Position numbers and translations under genes: made by a program. A DNA stretch of 64,000 bases from Lama guanicoe (taxonomy: Eukaryota). The stretch spans positions 2,914,001 through 2,978,000 of the forward strand of contig MU053304.1 of NCBI GenBank assembly GCA_013239625.1, read 5' to 3'. Position 1 is the stretch's first letter; each line of letters begins with the position of its first letter. The notes under the pieces are model-generated. The model was not told where the DNA came from and did no database searches. It was given only the letters and a program-made list of their open reading frames with translations. Shown here piece after piece: positions 1 to 12,646 of the stretch.

Positions 1-499
1 CCAATTTACAGAAAAATACATAAAAGATCCCTAAAGATACACTGTGTAAAAGACGGCAAAGTTTTTCAAGTAAGATATGTTGGTAGTGACAGCTACAGAT
101 AAAATTACTGAGCATTTGTTTTCTTCCAAATTGTTCTTCCTTGAGTTTTAATTTTGCTGGAAAGTTTTTAAATCTTCTTTTATTCTTTAATCCGTCACAA
201 TATCAAAAACTTCAGAGGCCCACCCACTACTTCTTGCTGTACTCGAGATGCTTAGTGAAAATCTACACAGAGTTCATTACAATTTGCTTATCAAGACTAG
301 AACAAAATGCTTCCCAGTCAATCTAACACCTTGTTTCCTTAGGAGGAAAATTAATAGTTTTGAAAGGAGAACACAGAAATGGCTTTAAATGCCCTCTTTA
401 TATTAGGCAAAATCATGATAATTAAAAGTAATTTTAAAACCTGAGTTTTAAGAGTATTTCTGCACCAGGACTGTTAGGGTTTATGATGAAATACAACAG

Positions 500-980
500 A
501 AAATTGGCTTAAGCTCAAAGAGAATGTACTGTCTCATGTCACTGAAAAATGCAGTAGGTAGATTAAATACAGGGACTTAACCAATGTCATCGGGACATGG
601 ATTTTCTCTGGTGGCCTCTTTTCTGCTTTTCCTCTGTTTATCCGATCACCAGACAAGCTCTTTCTGCACAGAGGCAACACCCCTTTGGATTCAAGTAGAG
701 CAAGAAGGAGTGAGTGTCTGTTCCAGGTAGCTCCCAGAAATAGCCTCATGGTGGGCTGCGCGCCCTCATGTGTCACGTCCATTTCTGAATCAATCACTAT
801 GGCCTGAGAAAGCAGTGTTCCGATTGGCCAGGCCTGAGTCACATGATAACTTCTGGAGGAGGAAATGAATTAGCTCCTTGTGACTCACTTAGACTGTGAG
901 TGGGCCAGAAAATGGCACTTCCCAAGGTATAAGAACCAGAAGAAGGGTGAATGATATTGGGTCTCAAATGTAACACAGAT
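500..980 (-). mobile_element. Old MaLR LTR (MLT1J/K/L-like)
   Basis: Motifs aatcactatggcc and gattggccaggcctgagtcacatg resemble recalled MLT1 consensus. Confidence 0.5.
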
Positions 981-3439
981 GTTCACTGGTGTCAGGGAAA
1001 GTCGAACTGCCCAGAACTCATTAATGATCATCCATCAAAAACATGTTCAAAATTTTGTGTACATTCCTAGGACCTGTCAAGAATTGCCAGTAAGCTACAA
1101 CATTCTTAAATATTTCACGCTTCTTTATTCCAAGAGCCCTCACCACTTTCTCTGCACCTCTTCACCCTTCTGCAGTCTCCCAAAGGACTACATCATTTTG
1201 GAGGTACCACAGCCCGTACGTTTTAAAAAGTCAACAGTGTCAGAGCATCGTGCCAATGCTGAGTCCATCTTAGTCAACCATAGCCAGTACCTACTTGTTA
1301 GGGGTATTCCAAGTTTGACCACCATGCCCCATGAAAGTTCATTACCTGTTAATCCATAAGTAAGGATAGAGATATTGGCAAGGCAGCTTGAGCTGGGTTA
1401 ATGGGGGAAGTCTAAATTCATCCCGAGGGCACAGCTCATGTTCCCACTGATCCAGGGAAGAAGGGAATCAGCAGACCACTTGGCGCCCTTGATCCAGGAA
1501 ATGACAATACCAAAGAAGAATGCGGTGGTCAGCCTAAAATTTTCACTAGTCTGGATAAAGTTCTTTTAACTTCAATTTCTTTTTCTATAAAATGGAAATT
1601 TAAAAATAAACATGTTTCCTCTAGTCTCAAAGACTAGTCAGAGTGATAAAACGGAAAAATACGGAAAGCACCTTGAGAAGTACAAAGGACTATTTAAATG
1701 CAAAGTGTTTTATTTTCTTTCTATATTCAAAAAAAAAAACACGAAGGAAGGTGAAGTAGAAAGAAAATGTTATTTAAAGTATAGTAAGTTATCATTGGTG
1801 GAGTACTGAGAACACCAGGAGTAATCATCCATCTACAAACTGGCTACGCTCCTTTGAGCAAGAAAAACACAATGTTGCTGCTAGGATGATGTAGAGTGTG
1901 CCTTTTCTGCTTCCTGAGGAGTTTTGTGATCTGTGAGCAGTTTTCTCTTTGTTTATTCATGTCTTTGTCTTGTTTACCTCAGCAAATAACAGCTCTACTG
2001 CTTTCTTGCACTGCTACATTGTTTTACAATTAAGTTACACGTTGGGTGAAATGTTAAGAAAATATTCATAACATCCCTCATTCATTCCTGTGTTCACTCA
2101 TTCAACAAATATTTATTCTGCACCAGATGCTGAGGTGATGGTGGTAAATAAGTCAGACACCTTGCTTTCATGGAGCTACTTACTTACAGTCTGGTATTCT
2201 CTGGAACTTTCTTTCTGTGAATATTATACACACACACACAACTACCCACGCATATGCGTCTCAAAAGACTAATGAATGCATTCAAGTGAGCAGCAAGTGA
2301 GGAGGCAACAGAGTAATTCCCTTTCTCTTCCCCAGATCATCCTTAGTAGAGTCTTAGGCTAAGACTCTAAAAAACTCTTAAGAAAAATAATCATTATGAC
2401 AGCCAACAGTCAAGTAAAATACCACATGGAAAATACAAGTAAAATTAGTTATTTTCCTACAAAAAGACATTTTTCTGAGATGCTGATTACGTCCAATAAG
2501 ATCTGTGGCTGTTCTTTCTCTGAGACAAAGACATAATAGAACCGAGGGCCCAGGTGCAACCCACCATCCTTTCACACAGCACATGCATGCTGGATCTTTG
2601 TTGGTTGCACCAGGAGGCCATGAGGAAAATTGGAAAGGACACAGGTCTTGGAATCCAGCAGTCCTGGACTGCAATGCTGGCTCTTCCTCTTTATATTTAT
2701 GTGACCTTGAAAGAACCACTTAGCCTTTTTGTGCCTCTGATTTCTTATCCGTAACAGATCAGTAGCACTAGCAACCTCACAGAAAATTGTTTGCATTGGA
2801 AGTAGTAAGATATGCAAAGCACTGAATAGACTACCGTAAAAATTACATGATAATATCTGCCATTATTTTACAGGCTGTGCTGTTTGCCATCACTTACCTA
2901 AGACTCCCAGGATGCTTACTTACTTTCAGGAAGATTGTTAAGAAAATACATTTTCTTCCTAAGAGTACCTGTGTAACATTGCACATCTAGTAGCATCCTT
3001 TCCCTGTCTGTCTTGAAGTATTACGTAACTGCTCATACCATTTTGTTAATACTTCTTTTGATTCTTACCCCCATTTCACCTTATGTTATATATATGTTTA
3101 ATCTAAATGATATGAAATGACCAACATGCAGTTATTTTGATCCGTAAATCTGGCAACGTCATACGGTTTGACTCTATTTTTATTTTCATTCATGTCTGAT
3201 CTGCTGGGAGTACCCTGTGTCCCATCCTCCAGGGTAATTATTTGATTCATGTCTGCACCTCCCAGCATCCATTGCCTATAATAGGCATTCAGAAAGTATC
3301 TGATAAATTTCACTTTCATGTATTATGTCTGAATTCGGTAGAAAGAAAATTACTCAAGCTGCTGATTGTTCCTCTATAGCAATGGGTCCTCACCACTGGG
3401 GGGATCACAGACCCTTTGTGGATTTCATAAAAGCTATAG

Positions 3440-3606
3440 ATCAGTTCTTCTCAAATGTTAATGCCTGTAGGAATCACCAAAAGATTCCTTGAAAATGCAT
3501 TTTCTGATCTAGTAAATGTGAGGTGGGGCCTGACATTATACATTTCTAACAAGCCCCCATGTGATGCTGAGGCTGCTAGTACACGCCCCCACTTTGAAAA
3601 GGAAGG
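3440..3606. mobile_element. MER5A-like hAT-Charlie MITE
   Basis: ttctcaaa...aatcacc...ggtggggcctga...catttctaacaagc...gtgatgctga...cactttga pattern. Confidence 0.7.
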
Positions 3607-3740
3607 TCACAGACCACCTTCCTTGAGAAACAGACCTAATCACATATGCGCATAGGTAAATTCTATTTCTGAGTCTGCTAGGGATCCTTGGGTTCCCAGG
3701 AGAATGACTGAATTTTTCATTTCATAATCATCTGTCCTAG

Positions 3741-3850
3741 TGGGGAGGGATTTAGCTCAGTGGTAGAGTGCATGCTTAGCATGCAGGAGGTCCTGAGTTC
3801 AATCCCCAGTATCTCTATTAAATAAAAAAAGATGAAAAAAAAAAAAAGAA
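3741..3850 (+). mobile_element. tRNA-Ala(AGC)-derived SINE, camelid vic-1-like
   Basis: A box TAGCTCAGTGG at 3753-3763, B box GTTCAATCC at 3797-3805, anticodon-like AGC at 3778-3780, A-rich tail, and a perfect 15-bp TSD aatcatctgtcctag at 3726-3740 and 3851-3865. Confidence 0.9.
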
Positions 3851-4639
3851 AATCATCTGTCCTAGAATTATTCTAATTATAATATTCAATCGAAGAGATA
3901 GATAAATGATATTTATGTAAGAAAAGCATACACTACTTTCAGAAATATAATATGGATGTCTCTGTGTATTACTCTTCTGCATACACACATACTCACCACT
4001 CACACACACATGCATTCAGACTCAAGGATTCTGAAATGGCAAGTTAACTAGAATTAGACCTAATTAACCCCACCCACAGATAAACATATTTAAATAATTT
4101 CCTTTATAAGTTGAACATTTAGACATAACGTATTTTTCCAAACGTTTCAAATTCCACTTTAAGTTTATTTAGCTTCCCCCTGCCTACTAACTTTGGTTTC
4201 CATTCAAAGAATTTTCTCCTAAAAATTACTATAAATCAGTATACTGTTCCTTTTAAAAAAATTAAAACCCCAGTGTACAAGACATGTTTGTGATTTACTA
4301 GTAATCTATGCACAGACAATTGAACTTTTTTATTACTAGTTTATTGACTATCACTATGAATAGTGCAAATGTGTAGTGGAGAATGGGGAGATTGTCTGTA
4401 ACCTTAGAACTGAACAGAATTAACAGGTCTCAGTGGAATGTGATCTAATGATCTGAGCCTCCTTCACTGCTGTCCCCATCCACCCGTCTTTTAAAAGAAT
4501 TCTTCTACTTCCAGTGGATTTTTTAAAATCTCGTTTTGGCTGCTTCTTCAAATGAGCAATACAAATTATAAACTATAATTGTAGTCGATAGAACACTTGT
4601 TATCCATCTGAAATACTGGCAGAAGTTCTACTGAGTAGC

Positions 4640-5174
4640 ATCAAGGCAGAAAAAGATATTGGTCTGAGAACATGGGACTCAATTTAATCAAGAGGAGTGC
4701 CCAAGACAGCCTTACATCCCCCTCAGCCTGATGAAACGTTATACAGCCTTCTTCCTGACTCTAGCCCTGGACCTCTCTTTTCTCAGAACATTTACTCTAG
4801 AAAACTTATCATTATAAATTATTGCTCTGCCCTATTGAGATGTAAATTATCTTAAAAGCCTTTTGATACTTTTACAACCCAAAAATGTCTTTCTCAAGGA
4901 CCTACCTAGGAACCATCTCCTTGAAATGTAATCATCAAAGAAGTTAATTCCTCTGTCTCTGGAAGGGTAGGAGCCTAACTAGGAGCCTAACTTCTGTGGG
5001 CACTTTGCTCCAATTTGCAAAACTACCTCCAATTCTGAAGATATAAGAAAGTTTATTTTTTTCTAACTTGAAAAGATACATACACCCCAGTATTCATAGC
5101 AGCACTATTTACAATAGCCAGGAAATGGAAACAACCTAAATATCCATCAACAGATGACTGGATAAAGACATTAT

Positions 5175-5207
<33 letters not shown>

Positions 5208-5887
5208 GGAATACTACTCAGCCATAAAAAAGAATAAAATAATGCCATTTGCAGCAACACGGATGGACCTGGAGATTGTTATACTAAGTGAAGCAAGCCA
5301 GAAAGTGAAAGAAAAATACCATATGATATCTCTTACATGTGGAATCTAAAAAAAAAGACACAAATTAACTTATTTATAAAACAAGAAGAGATTCACAGAC
5401 ATAGATAACAAATTTATGGTTACTGGGGGGAAAAGGGTTGGGAAGGGATAAATTGGGAGTTCGAAATTTGTAGATACTAACTATATACATAAAATAGATA
5501 CACAATAAGTTTCTTCTGTATAGCACAGAAAATTATATTCAGTGTCTTGTAGTAACTTGTAGTACATGCATACATATACATACAAATTTATGTATGTATA
5601 TGTATGCTCTACACCAGAAATTGATTCAACATTGTAAACTGACTATATACACTTCAACTAAAAAATAAATAATAACTCATTCTGAAATTTAAAAAAAAAA
5701 GAAAAAAAGTTTACTTTTCCTTAGCAAACACAGATGGACTTCAATCCCCCTATACCAGCTCTTAAAAATCCTATTGCCTTTTGTTTCAGTGGAGTTGTGG
5801 TCCAACTCAGTTCTGGCCTCTCTCTCGTATTTGAATAAGGTCTTCTGTGCCCACTAAACTTTGCCCAGTGAAATTTTTGCCTTGACA
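4640..5887 (+). mobile_element. ERV1-class solo LTR (MER34/MER39-like), interrupted by an L1
   Basis: ccttgaaatgtaatcatcaa and gggtaggagcctaactt motifs; ends ...ttgaca. The 5' boundary is approximate. Confidence 0.6.
5069..5705 (+). mobile_element. 5'-truncated L1 3' end nested in the LTR
   Basis: ORF2 C-terminal and 3' UTR motifs (gcagcactatttacaatagcca, tggatggacct-like), A tail, degenerate TSD aaagttta(t/c)tttt near 5048 and 5706, internal (CA)n. Confidence 0.85.
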
Positions 5888-6139
5888 GAAAAGAACAAAA
5901 ATATGTGATTCAACTGGCCTACTTTCCACTAAGTCAAACTTTCTCCTAGGTACCCTGTGTTCCCAAACAACATTTGAATTTTTTTCAAGCAGTTCATCAA
6001 TATAAGCCCAGAAGATATTCCAAATATTTTAAAGATCCCCACTCCTTCTAACAGGAGTGATTGATTGAAGAAGAAAGATCAGAGGCAGTGGTTTTGTATT
6101 TTCTCTTTTAATAATGCCTTTTTCTCTGTCTACTGTTAG

Positions 6140-6395
6140 TGTCCTTGGCTGTCAGATATCTGCCTGGTCCAGTGTGCAAGAGGGAATAGACCAAACAGTA
6201 CCAATTGCATCATCTTTGAAATCAACAAATTTTTGATTGGTCTGGAGCTGGTACAGGAGCGGCAGCTCCACCTGGATACAAACATCTTAAAAGTGGAGGA
6301 TGACACAAACTGTTCCTTGTCTTCAATTGAAGAAGACTTTCTCACTGCATCTGAGCACTTGGAGGAGGAAAGCGAGGTGGAGGAGTATAGGAACG
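6140..6395 (+). CDS. SPHKAP: SPHKAP internal coding exon (probably exon 6 by human numbering), 256 nt
   Basis: Acceptor tactgttag|TGT, donor AACG|gtgaga. Translates CPWLSDICLVQCARGNRPNSTNCIIFEINKFLIGLELVQERQLHLDTNILKVEDDTNCSLSSIEEDFLTASEHLEEESEVEEYRN, recognised as the SPHKAP N-terminal conserved region. Phase 0 to 1, matching the next exon. Confidence 0.95.
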
Positions 6396-7535
6396 GTGAG
6401 AACTTTCCAGTAAAACAAATGTGCATCCTGAAATTAGTCACCCTGTAATAATGTCTGGGTGGAATTCCAGAAAAGTTTCAGGCCACGTCAGTTTGGCTGA
6501 CACATCACAATCTTCGCTTACTGAGTTTAAAGAGGGAGAGAGGATAAGAAAACACTGGTGAAGATGCTGACTGATGCACTTCAACAGATTTAATGGTTAG
6601 ACGGCCCCACTCTCCCTAAAGATGCCTTAGGGATACTGAAGGAAATCTATGTGTTTTAAAACAAAATCCTCTGCTTGCCAAGAGACGGAGACTATCACTT
6701 GGAAGAAAGTTAACTTCCCTAAGTTCCACTAAGGACATCTATTAGTTGAAGCTGAGTTAAACTGGCCTGAATCCTAGCACTGCCTCTATAAAGGTTGCAA
6801 CGTGGGGCCCGTTATCTCGTCTTTCTGAGCCCCAGTTTCCTTATCCACAATTTGCGAGTATAATAGTGCCCTTAAAACTATAATAAACGTTATAGTTAAC
6901 TAGATATATATATACACATATGTATATTTGTTATATTTGACCATATATATATTTTATATTTAACTATTATTATTGTGAAGATGGAAGAAAATAACCCAGG
7001 AAAGTGCTTACCGTCCATTTATTTATTCTTTCTTTTGATTCATTAATAAAGCTCAGTGAACAATGGGTTTCTTGTCCCCACAGAAGGGATACCCCAGATG
7101 CTGTTGTCACAGTCCTTGGGGCAAGTCCCATGCCAACTTCAGAGTAAATCTTTCAACAAGGCCCGCTGTTTGGGTTGCCTAAACATCGTCCTTCCTTCCT
7201 CTGTACCCACCGGGAAGCTACAAGACACAATTGTCTGGGTTACTTTCTTTCTGAAGCAGGGGGACCAGCCCTCAGCTCCCAAATGCTTTCCCCAACTCTG
7301 GTGTTCCCATTGGTATCCCACATTGAAAGCCATTTTGTTGAGCTGGCGGTCCACAATTAAACTCCAAATCTTTTTCAGATTCATTTTCTTTGAGGAAACA
7401 CTCAAAACGTTATTTTCCAAAAAAAGAAAACAGTACGTGATGCTTTCAGGCATTTTTAGAAAGTGAATGTTATTTTCTACTCCTGGGAACTTGCCATCTA
7501 AAAAGTAATAGTGGCCCTCATTTTCTCTTCACTAG

Positions 7536-10500
7536 GTTATGAAAATATAAATGTCTCAGCCAACGTTTTAGAAAATAAAAAGGAAGCCACTCAGGAGGGA
7601 TGGAATTACAACAAGAAAATGTTACTTTCTACTTTGGAAGACAAATGCATTAGTAAATGCCATACACCACTGATTAAAGCAGAAGGATCTCTGGGGAAGG
7701 TAGCAGAAGATGTAACTCTGCAGAGTCTAGGTCCCTCAGCCAAGCCATTAGCATGGAAAGGGGAAGCTGTCACAAATGCAAGGCCAACCACAAATTATTA
7801 TTATTCGGAAAATTTTAAAGGTCAAGAGGAAAAATCACGGGCACTATATATTCCAGGCAATGCTTACTTCTCAAGGAAGGTTCAGAAAGATGGACCTTCT
7901 ACGTGTGGTACTTTCTCTGAATGCGACAGCAACTTCGATCCAGGAGACCATGAGGATGGCACAAACTCTCTTCTTCCCAGACGAGATGAAGAAGCCACAA
8001 CTGGCGAGTATGCTACAAATTTAGCAGAATCTGTTCTGCAAGATGCGTTTATTCGATTATCTCAGTCTCAGCCTGCCCTACCCCAGGAATCTGCAGTCAG
8101 TGCTTCCATAGGAAGTGCTCTGTGCCCCCGTGGCTGTTCCACGAAAGATACTATGGTCCCTCAGTCATGGAATGAGCTCCCCAAAATCGTCGTTGTTCAG
8201 AGTCCAGATGGTGGTGATGCTGGCCCTGAGCCAAGTATCTCCTCGTGGCCCGAGACAGATGTCTCATTTGAAACTTCAGGTGTCCTCTTTGGAGAGAAAT
8301 CCAGCAGACACCCCCAGAGTGCTCTAGAAGTGGCATTAGCCTGTGCGGCCACTGTGATTGGAACCATTTCCAGTCCACAGGCCACAGAAAGACTGAAAAT
8401 GGAGCAAGAATCCCTGGCTTCAAACTTCCCTCTGGGAGGCAATGAACCAGTCCAAACTCAAACATCCCAGGTACTCAAGGAACCCTCCATCAGTGAATAC
8501 TCATTTCTGTCTGCTCTATGTGGCATGACTCAGGTGGCGGGTGCCATTGCTGTCTGTGGCCTGGGAGAACCTGGAGAGGTGAAGTGTCCTGTGGCTTCAG
8601 GTGGCCTCCTGTCTGCAGCTGAATCTTCTACAGCAATCCCCCCACTCTGTGGTTTAGTGGCAGGGAAAAGCGTGGAGCTGGGGAGTGAAGCCATTGCAGA
8701 GGCACTGCTCAAGGAGGCCACTCTGATCTTAACAAGGCCACGTACCTACAGCAGCATGGGCGACCTCATGGAATCAATGAACAGGAGAATCACAGAAAAT
8801 GTTTCCAAGCCTCAGACCTTGTGCTCAGAAAATGCCCTTGGGAATGAACTAGCACAGACCCTGTCCAATGTTATCCTGAAACATTCCATTGATGAAATTC
8901 ACCAGAAAAATAAAATAATCGACCCCAAGGATGGCAGGCACGCATCTGAAACCCTGGACGCTTTAATGGAAAGTACGAATCAACTGCTCTTCAATGTGAT
9001 ATGCTTCACATTCAAGAAGATGAGCCACATTGTAAGGTTTGGTGAATGTCCCACCATTCTTTCTAAGGAGACCATCAAATGGAGGGAAACAGAATTAGAC
9101 TTCCAGCCAACTGATCAGGTCGCTAGTCAAGTATGGACAAAAGCCGCTGAGTGCCCCAGCGGCCATCGGCTTAGCAATCCTTATGGCACGTGTCTTGTTA
9201 TCAATGATCTTGTAGACGATGTGCCCCCGAAGCAAGACAGCAAGGGCCCAGAGAAGCCAGGCCTCTTCCAGAACCCCACACTGCAATCTGAATTGACCTG
9301 TAGTCCCAGAGTGTCTGCTGAAACATCCCCCAAAGAAATACATCTGAAAGGAACAGTGGATGAGGATATAAAAAACCCTCATCAACCATCCAGTCGCAAC
9401 GAGAATGAGTGCAGAGTCCCTTTGGAGGGAGAAATGACACCAACAGTTGGCAAGGGCAGCAGCCGTTCCCAGGATGCCGAGGACAGTGTCACTCCAAATG
9501 CTGGAGAAAAATACAATTGTGCCTCACCTCTAAACAATGACGTTCAAGTTAACCCGTCTTTGTTAGGGAAGGATTTGCTGCTTCCTGCTCAGTCCACGCT
9601 GCAGGCAAAACACGCAGACATACACTGCATCGCAGACTTTGCAGAAGAACTAGCAGAGACGATCGTCTCCATGGCAACGGAAATCGCGGCGATTTGCCTT
9701 GACAACTCCAATGGAAAACAACCCTGGTTCTGCGCGTGGAAAAGAGGGAATGAGTTTCTTGTTACCCCGAACCTATCCTGCCGATCCTTGAAGAGGAAGA
9801 AGGAGACCCAGGCCGGTGGGGGCACCGTGAGGAAACACAAGCCCCCGCGGCTCAGCGAGATCAAGAGGAAAACAGATGAGCACCCGGAGCTTAAGGAGAA
9901 GCTGATGAACAGGGTTGTGGACGAGTCAGTGAACCCTGAAGACATCCCAGATTCTGTCAGTACTTTTGCAAACGAAGTGGCAGCCAAGATCATGAGCCTC
10001 ACAGAGGTCTCCGTGGTGGACGGCGGCTGGCAAGCCCAGAACTGCTCCCGGAGTCGGTTACTCAGTGGAGACAGGTGGAGCCGGCTGAAGGCCTCCAGCT
10101 GCGAAAGCATTCCGGAGGAGGACTCCGCCGCCAGGGCGTGTGTGCGCAGCCTGGGCTTAACGGGCGCCCCGAGTCAGCCGGGCAGCAGGGCCAGCTCCGT
10201 CTCCAAGCAGTCCAGCTGTGAGAGCATCACCGATGAGTTTTCCAGGTTCATGGTGAGCCAGATGGAAAATGAAGGACGAGGGTTCGAGTTACTGCTGGAT
10301 TACTACGCAGGCAAGAACGCCAGCAGCATTCTGACCTCAGCGGTGCAACAAGCCTGCCGCAAAAATGACCACCTCAGTGTGCGGTCAAGCTGTGCCTCTA
10401 AGCAGTCCAGCACGGAGAGCATCACCGAGGAGTTCTACAGGTACATGCTGCGGGACATCGAACGAGAGAGCAGAGAGGGCGCTTCCTCCAGACGAAGCAG

Positions 10501-11301
10501 CCAGGACTGGGCCACGGGCTTGCTGTCGCCTTCTCTGCGATCCCCGCTGTGTTACAGACAGTCGTCCATGCCCGATGGCAGATCCCTGGGCGCCAGGCTG
10601 ACGGTGAACGCGCCCGTCAAAGCCAACTCCTTAGATGGCTCTGCTCAAAGGGGCCAGCACGGTTTCCTCAGCGTCCAGCGGGCCAGTAGCGCTTCCTCAA
10701 CAGGTCTCTGCAAATCTGACTCCTGCTTGTATCGGAGAGGTGGGGCGGACCAGATCACAAACGTGCTAATTCACGAGACGTGGGCAAACTCAATCGAAGC
10801 CCTCATGCGGAAGAACAGAATTATAGCGGACGACGTCCTGGCAGCGGAGGCTGAACGGGCTTCTGGAGTGTCTCCCTCGCAAGCGGAGAAGTGTGCGAAC
10901 AAATCAGCTTCGAGCAGAGTGCAAAGTGGGCCAGCCCTTCGTGTTCAGGAGTCCGTTGATTACCCGAGGAAAAATTCTATTTCTGAAAGCAAACATACCC
11001 CAGTGTTGTCTCCAAGCAAAGCTGCTCCTCTTACAAGCCAAAACAGTTTAGATTCTAAAAAGGAAACTTCCTCGTGCCGTGATGCTCTCTCTCTAGGCCA
11101 CACCAGGAGGTCACTTTGCTCAGGGGAAGTGCCTTTAATTCAGATTGAAACAGATCAGAGAGAAGATTGTGTTGGAGAATCCCAACAGGTCCTTTTTGAA
11201 AGCAGCCCCCTAGAGGAAGCAGCAGAGAGTGCGAAGGAGGAAAAACTCCCAGATGTGGTGAGGGGCGGAGACACTGCTGTCAGTTCCTGCCAAATCCCTA
11301 G
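7536..11301 (+). CDS. SPHKAP: SPHKAP giant internal exon (probably exon 7), 3766 nt, including the PKA regulatory-subunit-binding helix
   Basis: Lies within the 1264-aa ORF 7511-11305. Acceptor ttttctcttcactag|GT, donor AG|gtgagt; the ORF's TGA is intronic. Motifs FAEELAETIVSMATEIAA, KQPWFCAWK, RKHKPPRLSEIKRKTDEHPELKEKLMNRV and ELLLDYYAGKNA are recognised as SPHKAP. Confidence 0.97.
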
Positions 11302-12646
11302 GTGAGTGAACGATCTTTTAGGTGGGACAAGGGCCCTGGGACTGGAATTTGCATCTTAGTATTTATTCTAAATCTTAGTGACCTGTTGATGCAAAACCGC
11401 ATTCCTGAGACAGTAAATGACCTCCCAGGGTTAACATGCACTTACAATGGAAAGATGGAAGTAGTTTTTTTTTTTATTTTTTAAATTTCTAAAACATGTT
11501 AAATTTATGTATATAACAGAAGAAAAGAAGTGTAGTTCTCCCTATTAAAATCAACCCCCCATAGTATGCTACCTTTTGAAACTAACTCATGGCGATTTTC
11601 AAGCAAAAAAAACAAACAAAAACAATCAACTTGTCCATTTGAAAAAAGATAATTTAAATAAATTTTAATATTGGACTCTGACACTAAATATTTTGATATC
11701 CTTTCTCTCTTGGGTCTCTCCTTTCAAGTTTTTCTTTCTTGTCTTGTTCTAAAGAGCTTTGCAAGGACACTATGTCCCACAAGAGCTGGCCCTTTAGGTG
11801 CACGGTATAAACACAAAAGCAGAAGTGCAAAACAACCCTGGAATGTTGTTATTTCAATAGTTCTTTTCCAGAAAATTGTGATGTAGATGTAAGCGCGTTT
11901 TGAATTTGAGGCAAGATAATTTATATCTCCAGGCTGCTTAAAGAAGTGTCAGTTCCTTTTACAACTCCCGTCTTCTGTAGCATATTCACAGAATTCTTGA
12001 ATATGAGACCATTGTATCATTTAAGAAACTTTTGGTCTATAGTTACAGTTTGAAAAACACAGAAGAAAATGAAGACAAAAATTAATCTACTGGCCTTGGA
12101 AAACATAAGTTGAGAAATAGCCTGTGTAGTCTTTTTAGAGACATACACCAACGGAACAAAAAGCCTGTGGTTTTTAAATGTTTAACCTCAATTAACAAGT
12201 TGAACACAGTTTACTAAATTTCACCAGCTCTCGAAAGCTTCCAATACCTCCCCATCCCCATCAGGGAAGCAAAAGGGTTCCATCTTCAGTTGCTCATGCC
12301 CCCCCCACCACTATAAAGCATCATTACAAGGTATGGGTGGTGGGTGGTCCAGGTACACTAGAGTATTTCCTTTCTAGCTACTTAGTGCTAAGAACGTAGC
12401 TTTCCAACTGGATTAAATCTTAGAAAAATGCAGGAGGAAGAAAGGATGAAAACATACAAGCAAAAGACCATGAACTTAAACCAAATGAAGCTCATTAAGA
12501 CACATTCTTTTATATCAGTAATTCTCCAGCTATAGACAATACTTATGAAAGTCTTAAAGGAGTACCATACCTCACATTAGCATTCACCACCTCCAGGAAA
12601 TTTGTAGCATTACCAATTTTTAAATGTGATTAAAAAGTTGAAGAAA

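Noticed and set aside
3742..3816. Functional tRNA-Ala gene
   Set aside because: A tail, TSD and imperfect stems indicate a SINE copy.
1..6139. Upstream SPHKAP exons
   Set aside because: No exon-like segment with recognisable SPHKAP peptide was found by eye; treated as intron.
9589..10110. 173-aa antisense ORF and other ORFs overlapping the large exon
   Set aside because: Expected shadows of GC-rich coding sequence; no recognisable protein.
7511..11305. 1264-aa ORF as a standalone single-exon gene
   Set aside because: Its start (GTG) lies in the polypyrimidine tract and its stop lies in the splice donor; it is an internal SPHKAP exon.
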